From Chara braunii (Eukaryota > Plantae > Charophyceae): a DNA stretch of 64,000 nt. Shown in pieces: positions 13,701 through 27,690 of the stretch; position 1 is the stretch's first letter, and the number at the start of each line of letters is the position of its first letter. A program made the position numbers and the translations under genes. The notes under the pieces were generated by a model, which had not been told where the DNA came from, ran no database searches, and was given only the letters and a program-made list of their open reading frames with translations. The stretch lies in assembly GCA_003427395.1 (NCBI GenBank), contig BFEA01000004.1, positions 5,909,591 to 5,973,590 on the forward strand, read 5' to 3'.

Positions 13701-16700
13701 GAGGAGCATCTCACTTGGACACTCTTCTTTTGATGATTTGTGGGATGTGTCTGTGCAGAAAGAAAAGGGCTCTCGATGTCATTTGTTTTGTTCCCCTGTA
13801 TGTATCCCTGTACCATTGTCATCAGTGTGCAGTAAAGCCACATTGCGCATTCGAGTGGTGAATTTGATGGGGATGTATTTTTGCCTGTCATGATTAGTTA
13901 TGCCTCATGCACATGGGTCTCACGGCCCTCGCTCCAATGTGACCATTTCACTCCGCTTGGTCCCTTTCAATGGTTTCAGCAGTGGATGCTGTGCTGTGCT
14001 TTTTTTATCTTGTACTCCGTTTGCTATTGCCTCTGGCTTGTGTGCGCCCTGTTTGTCCCTTTCGTGCATGGGCTTGATAGATGGCCGCGTGACGGGAATC
14101 CTGGGCTGGGTGTAAGATGCTGCTAGTCAGATCATATAGAATGGAAGGAGTAGCTGGCGTAGCTTCTATTCACTGGCTTTTGGTGGGTATTGGTCTTGAG
14201 CTTGAGCCAATTCTGCTAGGAGATTATAGGTGAGATGTGCACTTCAATAAGATTGTGTATGGTTGCCACATCTTGCCAATGTTATGGATTAGATTAATGG
14301 AGCGGGGCCACGTGCATGGGACGGGGTAAGTATGCTCTCTGTATCTCATATCCATGGTAGCATGATTGGGGAGATGATTGGTATGCCAGTCTTCAATGTG
14401 TTCTGAGTGAAGGTCCTGGAGTTGCACAAGAGGGCAAAGGGTGGATGTGATCACCCCGTCAGGTATGGGTGGAGATGTAGTGTTTTTCAGTTGCTGGGCG
14501 CCATCTAGGAAATGATGTGGGCTCATATGCATATTTCAGCGATGGAAGTTCTGTGAGGGGTTGATGGCAATGCGAGGGGTTGATGGCAATGCGCATCCAC
14601 ACATGTAGTAGCATGAATTTTCTCCCTCATTGTGGCCACTGTTGGCCAGGTCTCTTTTCGTGTTGGGCTTGCTCCTCTGCCAAAGGATCTTTGCTATGGG
14701 ACGTCTGCTTCTATTAACAATAGAACGGCTTTGTGATTGTGAAGTTTGAGATGATGAGATGGATCACGCGCGAGAGGTATCATATCCCAATTTCTCTCCA
14801 GGTTTCCGACTGACAGAATTGAGATAACAGGTGCCAGGTGGGAGGGCCTCAGTGCTTGCTGGACTCCGGAAAACTGCGAGTGAGTATCACTTAGTGTGTC
14901 TCGCATCGAGCCGTGTGTTTCCCTTTGACATTGCCTGGGCACAGGCAGGTGTTTGGATTATACTCGGCATGGTTTACATATGGGTGTATGGGGGAATTAC
15001 TGGTGTGGCCCACATTTTCCAAGTGCAAACTGCCCCATTTCATCTATTTGCACACCTCCCTTTCCTCGGCTTGATATTCTCCCCTTTCTTGTGGGTTTGT
15101 CTTCCACTGCTTCTGCTGTGGACGTGGATGCTATCTCCATTATCTGTGTTATTGAAAGAGATGAAGGGGTTGCTTCTGGGTTGCTGTTCTGCCATAGCTC
15201 GAGTGTCCACGTCCATTTCCGGCAATATGAGTGCAGGATGTGCTGTGGTTGCATTCCATGCTGCATGCTCGTTTTCTTACGCTGTATGCCTGATTATGGC
15301 TCGGAGCGTTCTTTCCTTCCAAGCGACTCTCGCATCCCATTGTGTTTGGCTCTCCCATGGGAATGTTATTGTGGTTTCACCAGACTTCATATGAGGATGG
15401 TGATATGGTGGTTTCCGTATGGATAGGTTGGTCTTATCCTCTTGGGCCGTTAGATGCATGAATGCCGACCAGATTCCCTTTTTTTTTTTTGGCTTGTTAT
15501 ATAGCTCTTCTATGTGGTATAACGTCTGCACTCTTTCCTTCTCAATTTACTATTTAAGGAATGTGCTTATTCCTGTTCTTGCTTTTGCAATGGTGTTGTT
15601 TGCACTATGGCCAGCCTATTTTTTTCTTTTCTTTGGGATAATGTATAGCTTGCTTCCGATGTGCACGCAACGGCTTTATTTCTGGCTTCGTAGTAGTGGA
15701 TGTTAACAACGATGCTCGACCTCTTCCTCCCCGTGTTTTGGTTTCCTCCAGAAAAGAATGACAATGCCTCCACAGCTTTCTTGCCTCCTCAAGATGTCCT
15801 GAGGTCCTTACATCTCGCGTGCCTAGGTGGTTGGTTTGGATGCACCTTATTACCGGGCAGCGTCTCTATCCATCGCACTTTCCTGGCCACTTGTCTTTTC
15901 AAGTTGCTCTATTATTTTGCTTATAGGTGTGCTGAGTCAATGCGAAGATGAATTTGGGATAGCAAATTCATGGTGGTCTCTTTTGGACGTCAGCCTTCAG
16001 GGATGGGAATGCATGGTGTGGTCTGACTCTAATGCTTGATATTGGGGGTTGAATGCAAAACCCTACATTTGAAGAATCACTCCTGCTGTAGAGGAGTGTG
16101 ATTTGCGGATGGTGCCTGTGTGCGCTGTCATCATTTGGTCAATTGGCAGGGCTGTGCTGCACAGCTGCGGGTGGCAACGTTATCCATGGTGATAAACCAG
16201 GGGGAAACACGCTTTGTTGGTCGTCTCTCCAGGTTTGAAGAGTTGATGCTCTTGCAGCTCACGCTTCCTGTCGCCGGGTTCGTATCCATCTCCTTGTCCC
16301 GAGTGGGAAGTCGGGGAGGCAGGCGGTGTGGATCTTGGGGGGTGCTATCTTCGCACCCGTGTGTGTTGTATCGTGCACGGCCTTTGTGTGCTGACCTGTA
16401 TCAGCACACCTCTCTCTCGTTGCAGCATTGGGTGCTGTAACATTTCCCATCTGATGAGCCACACAGCACATGTTGAATGATCTCAGGAATCCATATACAC
16501 TGTGTATGCATTCTGTGTATGGTTGGCTGGGTCGTGGAAAGAAATGATGGTTTAATCTTTCTGTCAATAAGGCAACGAAATCCTGGAGTCTTGTTCAGTC
16601 ACCGTTGATGAAATCGGTAGGCCAGGAACTTCAGCTTTTGGCTGAAAGCGTTGCAAATAATGGTGAGAGACCTTTTTCTCCATTCTTGTTGGTACAGTAT

Positions 16701-19700
16701 CGGAATTGGTATTTCACATGTTGGCTCGTGATACTCAACAAATGTATGGGCGTGGTAGACTACCGTCTTGCCCTCTGAAATGACTGGTGTAGAGCTTCTC
16801 GCGCTGGTTATCGCGTAAGATCCATTGCATGTCAGATGTCTGTGACAGGACTGCAGATTGTGACGTGTATAACATCACAAGGTCGCATCGTCATCCTCAG
16901 TAAGGGGCTTAACGTCATCTTTGTTCGGTCCGGCTTTGGTTCTGTACTTGAAAGCTCTCCCTTCTCTGGTCTCCAGCTCCCCTTGGAGCTGTACATCTGT
17001 GCATGTGAGGTTGTGTATCATCATCAATGGGCATCCGAATTTGCCTAACGAGTGAAGAATGGTCTGGAATGTGTTTAGTGATGACCTTTTGACCTTGAAT
17101 GGAATTTTCTTCCTTTTTTGTATTTTCCAGCGATGGGGAATCCTACCATGCAAGGATTTTCAATTCATCAGCCCCTTTACCTCCTCAGGGATATGCTTTG
17201 GGGGATGGGAAGAGTAGTTGGTCCTTGTACCATTGGTTGCTTGTCAAGAAGAATCCCACTCTTCGCCTTGAATCATGGTTGCATGCCTGCTGGTCAGAGT
17301 TCTGGTCCATGTGTGGCCATGAGTGATGAGTTGTTTTTCGGTCGTTGGTTGCTTGTGTGTTGCACAGTTGGGTATCAGCCTCGTACTTTAGGTTCACTTG
17401 TTTTGGGCTTGGGCAAAAGTTGTGGGTGGTAGATCATGGCATGTTAGCTATAGCAGTGAATCAAATGGGGAAAGACACTTATGGCAGGCTGTTGACACCG
17501 TGGATGGTTCTGGGTTTCTAAAGCGTTTTGGGACCTTTGGCTAGTTTCACATATGGGCAGCTGTTGTGGATTGAGCTTTGCTCTGTAGATGTGCTGCCAC
17601 TGCTGCATTTTACATTGTGAGGAGTCCTGTATATATCCGTCTATAGATTGCAGCATGTGCAGCACGTGCGACTCCCCTGCCCTCGTTCTGGAAGGGGGTT
17701 GAGGATGGGTTTGATTGGGTTTCCCACCAAACTATGTGACCCAGCAACATGCTGTTGCTGATTTTCGTGTTTCTGGGCTGAGTAGGCTGTTGTCAAAGTC
17801 GAGTTTATAATGGATTGTTGCTTGCCTCTACTTTGTGAAGCAGTGACCTCATACTGCAGCTTCAATTTTCAGCATGGGCTTTCTGGAGCTCATGGGTGTG
17901 ATTCAGTCTGGATTCACTGATTCGGCTGTTACAGGGTTATTATTTGGATTCCCCAAAGCCTCCGACAGTGAAATGGTTTATAGAATGCCGGCTTGTATCG
18001 TTGTTTATGCTGTTTGCTCAGTTGAACTGAGGCACTGACAATGGTGATGCTGCCGGAATAGCTCACCAAGGAAACGAGTTGTTTACTTGTACAGTTTTGA
18101 GTGCTGAAAAACGTTGGGAGTGGTGGCAGATGTCAAATTATGTTGACGGACATGAAAGTTTGCAGGGGGTTGGGCTTGTGTCGGAATGCTGTTTGTTATG
18201 TAGGATTTGCCTGCACATAGGTCTACCTGTCTCTTCTCGATTTCTTTCTATTATTTTTCATTGCTGGTGTGCAAGAGCGAACAAAGAGGGATAAATTGAA
18301 AAGCTCTGTCTTTTGGTGGGGAAAAACTGAAAGGAAGGAAAATTTTGAGGTTGCTGACGAGTATTGTAAGGTTATGTCTTCTGTGATTTTGCATGTGCGT
18401 TGGAAACAATGTGTGTTGCGGGAATGGTGCTGACATGTTCTTCACATCCAGGTTGTGCGTTTGTGAAGTATGCATCCATCGAGGATGCAGAGAGGGCCAT
18501 TCGTGCTGTCAACAACATGAGATGTTTGCCAGGGGTGAGTCTGAGGAACTGATGATCTGATGTGCATGCAGGAGGACTAGATTTTGGTTTGGCAACAAGC
18601 TATGACAATTTTTTAATGAATGGTCGTATGGATGGAATGACGCAAGTTGATCTGTACTTCAGAACCCCTCTGATCCCTCTGATATCTTGTACACCTCTGA
18701 TGCAGCCATATACCATTTGCAGGTTGAGTTAGTTTGTTAATTAGCTGGTGAAGGGGTTACCTTTTTCTGCATTAGTTGTTGCCCCCAAAACAGCATGTGA
18801 GGAGGCACCTTTTCGTCACCGAATAGGTGTGTACCAGCATGCCAGCAATGGGACATACAGTTGCGTGCTCATGAAAACTTTCTTTTGAGTTTGATTGCCC
18901 AGTGGCGACTCTTTGTGTAGTTTTTGCAAGTCTTGGGCTTCCTATATTTGTTTCCAACTTTGCGACCTGCCATTAGCTCGGTTGAAGCTATGTCGGTGCT
19001 TTAGTGATTAACTGTCAATGTGGTCAGTCTACACTTGGCATCCTGTTCCCTTCCCCCCCCCCCCCCCACTTCCCCCGTTTCCCCGTGGAAGAAAACCCTT
19101 ACTGCACCCTTCTGAATCCGAAAACCTTTGGCTGTGTTTGGCTACAGACCAGACAGCTGTCTGCCACTGTGCTCCACCCCATCACTTGTTCAGGGACAAG
19201 ATTGGCCTTGTAATGCACTTGATGTGCGGAGGGAGGAGTTCATGTCCATGGGTCCAGCGTAAAGAAACGGGGTTGTCCCCAACCTTATTGTATAATCAGA
19301 GTCATGGTCTGTTTATCATTACCGACATGTGTGTACCATTCCGCTGCATGGACTGGGTAGAACAACAAAAATTTTGCTACGTCAGTTGTGGCTAACCTTC
19401 TCCTTGTTTTGTTGATTTTTTTGGTGTCTGGAATGGTTGGCAAACAGAACACCGTTCCTGTGCAAGTGCGATTTGCTGATGGAGAGCGCGAAAGGCTTGG
19501 TGAGTGAATGGAAGACATCTAAATCTGATTCCTTTCCTCCAAAACTGTTGTTTGAGGATTGTAGTACATCGTTTTGACGTGTTGAAGACCGAATCTTACA
19601 CAGTGCAAAAGTGCATACTTGTGACAGATATAGTCTGAGGTTGATATATCTCAGTGCAGGTGTGAATGGACCAGAGGTGTGCAAATGTGTGTCATTTCAG

Positions 19701-22700
19701 TGCTTGGTAGCTCCAAACATGGGTTTCCATGCTGGTATTACTTTGGTTGATGGAAGTGATTCTCCTAAAATCCTGAAGGGCACTGCGTAGCTGTTTACTA
19801 AACTGTGGAAGGGTATTTCATGTCGGTTGCAGTGAGGTGTTTGAAATTCAATTTGTCCAATGCTGATGATAACGAGTTATACATGGGACAAAAGGGTGAG
19901 GTTACGGGGTTTGGTATTCTCCCTTTGGTGCTAAAGAGGGCTGACAATATATGCGTTCGGTCTCCGTGTTTTCCTCTTCTCAGGAGCAATTGAGCACAAA
20001 CTTTTTGTTGGCTCGGTGAGCAGACATTCAGGAGAAGCTGAAGTTAAAGAGGTAAAAGCAGTGGGTGTAGTGGAGTCTTAATTCTGTAGGCGTTCTCTGA
20101 TATATAGCAGAGTGAGGGCTTTGGTAATGTGCAATGTAACACTAGGCTCCTTGAATGGTTCTGGACGTTGTTCTGGGTTATGTTCTTTGTGCTATCTCCT
20201 GTTTTCACCTCTTGTCGGCAGAAGAGAAATTGAAAGAAGAATAAGCGGGCGGCTGAGAATGCTCTGGGACGGTTTTCTTAGTTTTCTTATGGCTGTCATT
20301 GAAGTGTGGAGGCTTGGTGAGGCATCAGGTCAGATGCTCGTGTATGACTGGATTGCCGTTTGTCGGTGAGGAAGTCTTGTTCAGGACAGGTTTATCCGAT
20401 GAAGACATGCAGTACGGAATTGTGATGTCCAGTTGTTCCACGGTGGTGTGCCTGTGTCCTGTGAGTTGAAAGATTGTTGATGGGTGGTACTCTGCATTCC
20501 TTTTGCTGTCTTGCAGCTCTTCTGTCAATATGGACATGTCGAGGATGTTTATATCATGCGGGATGAAAACAAGCAGAGCAAAGGTAAATCTGTTTTGGTG
20601 ACACCCTGGAACATGTTTTCACTGTTAGTATCTTTGAGAAGTTTGACTGGCACTGTGGAGAAGTGGAGAGTACCCAGCATTTATAAAGATGTTTTCTTCA
20701 GTGATCAGCATTCAATAAATATAAGTATGTTTTAAAGCGCCAGTACACGGCCCCAGCCTTGCGGAAAAAGAAACGCGTCACCAACAAAAATTTTGGAGGC
20801 TCTGCCAACCGGTGGCAGCCAAAAAGGAAACAAAATGCGCGGCTGGCGGTTCGGAAAAGGTTCGCGTGCAGTAAGGCACCTGCAGGCCCGGGTGTACTGG
20901 TCGTTTGAAGCACCAGTACATGGGCCCAGCCAAGTTGAGAATCGCAATTTAGCCTCTCCTAAAATTTTGCAGTCTCGGGACAGGGCCTCTGAAGGGCTGG
21001 TGGAAAAGAACAACTGTACCATGCCTTGTGGTGGGGCGCTGAACCAAAAAAAAAATGCCCATCCTCCGTCCTAAGCTTCCAATCTTTTTGGAAAGGCCCA
21101 TTCGTCAAAAAACAAATTTCCCATTCTCCGTCCTGAGTCTCCGATCTTTTTGGAAAGGCCCGTTCGTCCAGCTGTACTGGTGAAGTAAGGAAAAGCATAA
21201 AGCTGCTTTACTTTTGAAGGGAAATAAATAAATAAGAAGAGCGTTGCTCAGTGATCGGTGTGTGAAAAAACACCAGTTCTATTTGAGATGTGTAAGCTGC
21301 CTTTCTGCCTTGCTGGATAGCATCTTGTGTTTCTCTTTCGACTTGAATATAATAAGCATGGTCATTATCGCTGCATTTAGACTGAAAGTTGGTCCAAATG
21401 CAGCTCCAATGACAATGTGTTCTATTTGGGTTAAGGTAGGCAGGCAAGCAGGCTACGGTCCGCTTGGGTAAGACGGGCCAACTTTTGAAAAAGAATCTTC
21501 GGCTGTTCAGTTAGTCTGTACCAGTTTTGAACAGACAATCAGGCCGTATCTCCAGATTTGGTTTTGACGGTTCAGCTCGTCTGTACCAGTCCTGAAGATT
21601 TGGTTTTCCTGAATCTTTGTTGAAGTTCAGTGTACCCTGTCGCTGTCCAGCAGGACGAATGCCCACGAAACTGCGGATATGGGGGTTGAGAATAAGGGTT
21701 TGGGAGGGTTTTCTCAAATAGCAAACACAACAGGAGCAGCATTAAACATGGTAAACAGCAGCAGCGACAGCAAATGAAAGACAATACTAAGACAAAGAAG
21801 AATGCAAAGAACAAAAGGCGAAGAAGGTGAAGGATAAGGAGTTGAGGAGACCGACCATTGCTACTGGGGTTTTCAACTTCCAAATTTCTATTATGAAAGT
21901 AAAAGATGTGCAGAAGTTTGACACGGAAGGAGTAGAAACCCCTTTCACTCTCCCCTCTCTTGCTCCCAACCCAACCGCACCAGACGGATTGGGTCATCCT
22001 CTGAAACTACCAACTTGTGAGGCCTGCCAGGACGACGTTTCTGCTGTTGTCCGGCATTCTTCCTGGCCTTTGGCTTACAGAGGGCCTCTCGTGATGATGC
22101 TGTGGCCGTGCAGGGGGGACGTCATGTAATGGGTCTGTCCTCTTTCTCCTCATGTTTTTCCAGAGGTTGTCATATTAGACATCCTCGCTCGGTGTAACAG
22201 TAGTAGCTACTGTTGTCTACTGCTCCTGCTGCTCTTGCACGGAAGCCTGCTTGTTTTGCTGCTTTCACGGCCAGCTGCTGGACCACATTTGGGTGGGGCT
22301 TGTGCCCCCATGCCATTGCTGGTGTTGGTTGTTGCTCTGCAACCCACTCACCCCTCCTGCACATTTTGTCTGCTTCTTGCTGCAGATTTCTCCATCTTCT
22401 TGATGTACAGGCTCGTCTTCGTGCCTCACATTCTGTTTCTCACATCCCTCGAGAATGTTAGTCCTTAGACGTTCTCCTGCTGCCCAACTTCTCTGTCGTG
22501 TCCATCTCTCTCCCTCTGGGTCGGGACTGCAACACGACGAGCCTCCTCCTCACTGATCCACCTCTCAGCAATATGAGTCACCATCTGCCGTAGAGGATCT
22601 CCTGCTGATCCTCCTGCTGCCCAACTTCTCTGTTGTGTCCCTCTCTGTCCCTCTGGGTCGGGACTACAACACGAGGAGCCTCCTCCTCACGGATCCACCT

Positions 22701-25700
22701 CTCAGCAATACGAGTCACCATCTGCCGTGCCCTTCGCCCTACTTGTGTCCTCCTCTGTTGCTACTTGCCATTGTTTTCAGTCTACTGTACAGGGCCCTCC
22801 ATCACAGATCGAATCCCAGTCGGTTGGCTCCGCGAAGGACCCCCAAGCCTCTTCTCCAGGGACTCAAGTGAGAGGCTGTTTCTCCTCTTCGAGTGGGTGA
22901 ATGGATGAAGTCCATTGATGCCCAGTTTCGCTCTGCCTGTACTGCTGTGCTCCACATTCCCATTAGGCTGATTGCAAAGGCTTACAACTCTGGACAATGT
23001 CCACTGTAGGCAAATGATGCAAGGAGTCAGCAACGCAGTACATCCACTCAGCCTTCCTCACTTACGCAATCCTTACAGGTTGTTTGGTGAACGCACGGAG
23101 ATCTCCCCAGAAATCTCCATTGTCCATCCCCTCCACCTCCCTCTGGTTTGCCTTAAGAAGTAAAACTGTGTGTTCTACACAAGGGTGCTGTCTTGATCAT
23201 TGAGCCAATGCGGTTGTCTTGATCGTTGAGCCAGTGCGGCTGGCTCCTTCGTGGATCAAGAAGGAAGGCAGTTGTATGTGTGGGCTGCCGCATCATCTGC
23301 GCATGGTCTTTCACCTTCTCAATCATTTTTCCCCTTAATATTTCCCTCCTTCATGAGCACGACACTCGATGGTTTGGTTGCAATCATGAGGTTGGTGGGA
23401 GGTCTGTCCGTGTAAACCAGTACACGAGTCTTTCATGGAAGTCAAGGAGTCCAAGTACGACTTCCTTCAGTCTGTTTTTAGGGAGGTGAGTGCATCCCTG
23501 GGCTTATATATTGGGTGGGCAGCCAACCTGCGAACCTCTGGGCCTGGTTTGTGTCAAGGTTGCCTTGATAGTAGTTTCTCTGGGTTGTTGTCTGTCCATT
23601 TTCCTGCAAGGGTTAAGAGCTGCAGGAAAGGACTGAGACCCTGTTTCAATTTCAGGACGTCCGGTGCGCCAACCTCTGTGCGTGGCCTGTGTTGAGAATA
23701 CACTCAGATCGAAGTTGAAGATACCACCATATCTGTCCACTTTCCAGGCTGGGTGCAGGACTACTGGAAAGGAATGGTACCATCCTTAGGCCTATGTGTG
23801 ACGGCCAAATTCTTTTTAGGGAAATATTTACTGCCATGTGCCGGTTGAGGAAATTGCCGAAATATCGCTGAGGTCAGTTATGAAAATTACCAAGGCTGGA
23901 ATTGAAATTATGTATATTTGCTGAATTTAAATTGTGGTACTTGCTGATTGTTCCTACACTGCAGGTTGCATTCCAGGCCTCGTCTCGGCAGCTTTTGCCT
24001 TTGTGAGACCTGAGCAACCCTTTGGAAACCGGTCGTGTGCGGATCCCAGCCACATTTCATGGATTGTTTCCGTGTTTGTTAATCAGCATCCAGTCGTTTG
24101 GGAATGGAATGAGAAGTTGAAGCAAAGAGATCAATGTTGATGGCATGTAGACCACTGGTACTAAAAACAAATCAGTGTGTTCCTATATTATACTGTATAG
24201 TTGTGTCATGTTACCACCATGGGAGTACCCTGAAGTTTCCCGTTTTCAGTGAAGGCATTGAAGGCGATCAATAACTTGCGGTGAACGTAAAGCATGGTGA
24301 TTGTATCTTTGGTATCAAAAGTAAGGGAAAAGAATTGTCGGTGTACAAGGAAGGGAGTACTGAGGACGCGAAGTAACGTAAAAAGCTACCTAGGTATTAA
24401 AAAGGACGGGAGTACTGAGGGCGCGAAGTAACGTAAAAAGCTACCTAGGTAATGTGAAAAGCTCTCTAATGATTCAGTTGATGCTTTTTGCAGGATGCTG
24501 CTTTGTGAAATATTCAAATCGGGAGAGTGCGATGAATGCTATAAATGCGTTGAATGGACTATACACAATGGAGGTAGGTTTGTGTGATTAATTGTCTTCA
24601 AGCTTCTTAACCATTCTCGTTCATGACATAGTGTACATCAGATTCCCGACCTAGAGATAATGCAGGTAGGTGGGTGGGATTGGCAAGTTCGTTTTTCTGT
24701 ACTAGTTACGGAAAGGATGAGTTTCATACAGGACAGGAGTGATCAGAGCAAAGGATGAGTTTCATACAGGTCAAGAGTGATCAGAACAACGGCAAGACTG
24801 GACAGTATCGTAGAAATGACCGCTTTGGCTGTAATGCTTGTACGATGTAGGATGTGCACTCAGTCTAAGATGCTCCTTGACGAGGTGGTGGTTGAATAGG
24901 AGTGTGGTAGAGGTAGCCTCTTTGGATGTAAGGTCTGTGGACCGTCTAAGACATACTTGAGGAGGGGGTGGTTGCATTAAGAGCGAAGTCAATAAGCCAA
25001 AAGGTGTATGATATTGTCTGTTTGTGGCTCCAGTTGTCAGCTTATACCATGCAGGATGTTTACTCAGCCTATGATGCTCCTTGACGAGGTGGTGGTAGAA
25101 TAGGAGTGTGGTACCTCTTTGGATGTAAGGTATGTGGAGCCTGTAGGCTGTTCACTTAGGTTTAGATACTCCTTGAGGATAAGAGCAAAGTCAATAAGCC
25201 AGAAGGTGTATGATATTGTCTGTTTGTGGTTCCAGTCGTCAGTTTGGTGGGTGTTTTGCATAATGTGCGGCGCCTCCTGATTATGACATCCTGTGCGGTT
25301 TTGTTTTGGAGGTGATGTTTTGCATGTCAATGTGCGGGAAAAGAATGCTGTAGCCTCTAGGGGATTTGTCTGATTCAGTTGTCTGACAAACTGGAGTTTG
25401 TGTGCCTGGCTTGCATGTACATCCTTTGGCTTTGCCTAATGCTGATTGACCATGTGGCTCAATCTGATAATTTTGCTGCGGAATATATGTTCTGATTGGC
25501 TTGTTATTGCTGTTTCCAGGGGAGTGATCAACCTTTGGCGGTGCGGTTTGCGGATCCAAAGAAGCCTAAGGGCACGATGGAGATGCAAGGGTAATACCCT
25601 TCAGCTGGTTGGCCTCACCCATGTGTATGCGAAAATTATCCACAACTGAGAATGGTGTGCTATCACTGTCACTATTCGGAGCAGTTTCTGACAAACTGAT

Positions 25701-27650
25701 GTTTGTGACACTGGCTTCAACTACGTGGAGTATTTTCCTGGATGTTCTCAATTTTGAGCCCAATCCCTGAACATACAGCTGATGCAACAGGATTGCAAAG
25801 GCGAACAGTAGTGTTGTAATAGTATGATGATCGTGGAACAGTTGATCTAATGCATCTGAGGTGATGTGCTCGGTGGTGATTGAGCTGTGGGTGTTCTTAG
25901 AAGCTTCAATAGATCTCTTGCAGGCATCTATCTTCTGACAATGATTGTAATTGGGCAATCGTTGCTTTGCTGTCACAGGCCATAGAGGCCAAGGCCACTA
26001 GCATAAGGTGGTCTGGATCTCCTTGGGTGAGCAGCGCCCAAACAGTATTTTCAGAATGACCAGCAAGGGATTGGGTTTTGTGGCAATCAAGAAAAAAGCC
26101 CAATGGAACTGGTCCAAGACCCCAAGTTACAACAAGAGGGGTTTAAGCCTCTAGGGGGCCTTGCATCTTTGGAATGTGACGCTGCACTGGACACTAAACA
26201 ATTTAAGCCTTTCCGGGGCCTTGCATCTTTCGCATGTGATACGGCACTGGACACTGGACAATGTACTCGTGCTGCACACACAGCCTGCAGTTTCACATGG
26301 CTATGGTGAACTGTCTTCCTGTATCTGTTGCCCAGCTTGTGAGTCAGTGGGTGTGAAGATTGGATTCATGGCTGTGGTGAACTAGGTTCCTGGATCTGTT
26401 GGGATTCTTGTCATGGATTTGGTGTAAACAGGGTGGGAGCTGATCGCTTCTTAAGGGATTGTTGCAATGCATACTGTGTTGTCGTCTTTTGTGAACATGA
26501 CCAAACGTTTATGAGATTCCACTCTGTGGCCAGGTGATTGAGGCAGCCTGGAGTAACTTCATTCGTGATGCTCTTCTTGAATGGCAGGTTTGGTGGGCCA
26601 GGATTCCGTCCAAGGGGAGGCCCATTTATGTCAAGGTAAGCTTTCACATGGTCCTGAACTTTATATTTTCTTATCTCAGTGTTTGGTATGATTAAAGCTG
26701 CGGCTGCTGCTGTCCCTAGCTCATTTGCCACCAATCATCACGTCCGTTTGTTTCCCTCTTGTGGTCTTACCTCATCGCGTGGCATTTAGCGTGAGTTCCT
26801 TTCCTCCTGAGTTGGCGGCCTCTTCTTCTTTAAGTTGGTTTATGTATTGCTTGTTGTCAATTTGCCGCATGCAGGCCGCTTGGCGAACCAGCACAAAGTG
26901 CTCAGAAAGGTCACCTTCTCTGTTGGTTTCTGACCTTGTGCTTACTCCATGAAGAATCCATCCCCTTGACTGACCCCTAAATCCCTGTTCCCACACACCA
27001 TCATGCCAAGCTTGTTTTCCCGTAGTTTCTGTGCTGTTGGATGTGTGGTCATCGACATGGGAGTGAAGTGGAAGTTGGACTACTGTATGAACATGGGAAA
27101 ATGTAGCTGTTCATGAAAGTTGTTTGTATGGAGAGAGCTTTTTTGAACCAAATATGTTTGAGTGCTGCATGTGTAATTTCCGAGTAGTCCCTGAGGACTT
27201 TGCATGGGAATGTCAGGCAATGCTCTGTGAGAACTGTGATTGAAACATTGATTAGAGTAACATGGGTGGGGCTGGCTCTTCACCACATGCAAGTGTGCTG
27301 GGGCTCTTTAAAATATGTACTACATATTGCCGCGTGAGTCAAGTGCGTACTTGGACTTCAACTCACATTTTTTTCTATGGGTGTGTGTATGTCTCTTGCT
27401 GCAGAGGCGGAATGCAAGGTGGCCGGGGGATGGGTTCGATGGATGGAGGGAGGCCACACATGTGGAGAGGTCCGATGGGTGGACCTGGAATTGGTCATAT
27501 GGGACCTGGTGGTCCTATGGGTCCAAGAATGATGGCCGGCCCAATGGTATGCCCTCAAATCTTCTTGTTTTGTCTCTGGAATGTCCTTGTTTTGTTGCTG
27601 GCATTGAAAGTGAACCATCGGGAGGTGGACTGTCTGGCAGAGATATATAG

Positions 27651-27690
<40 letters not shown>

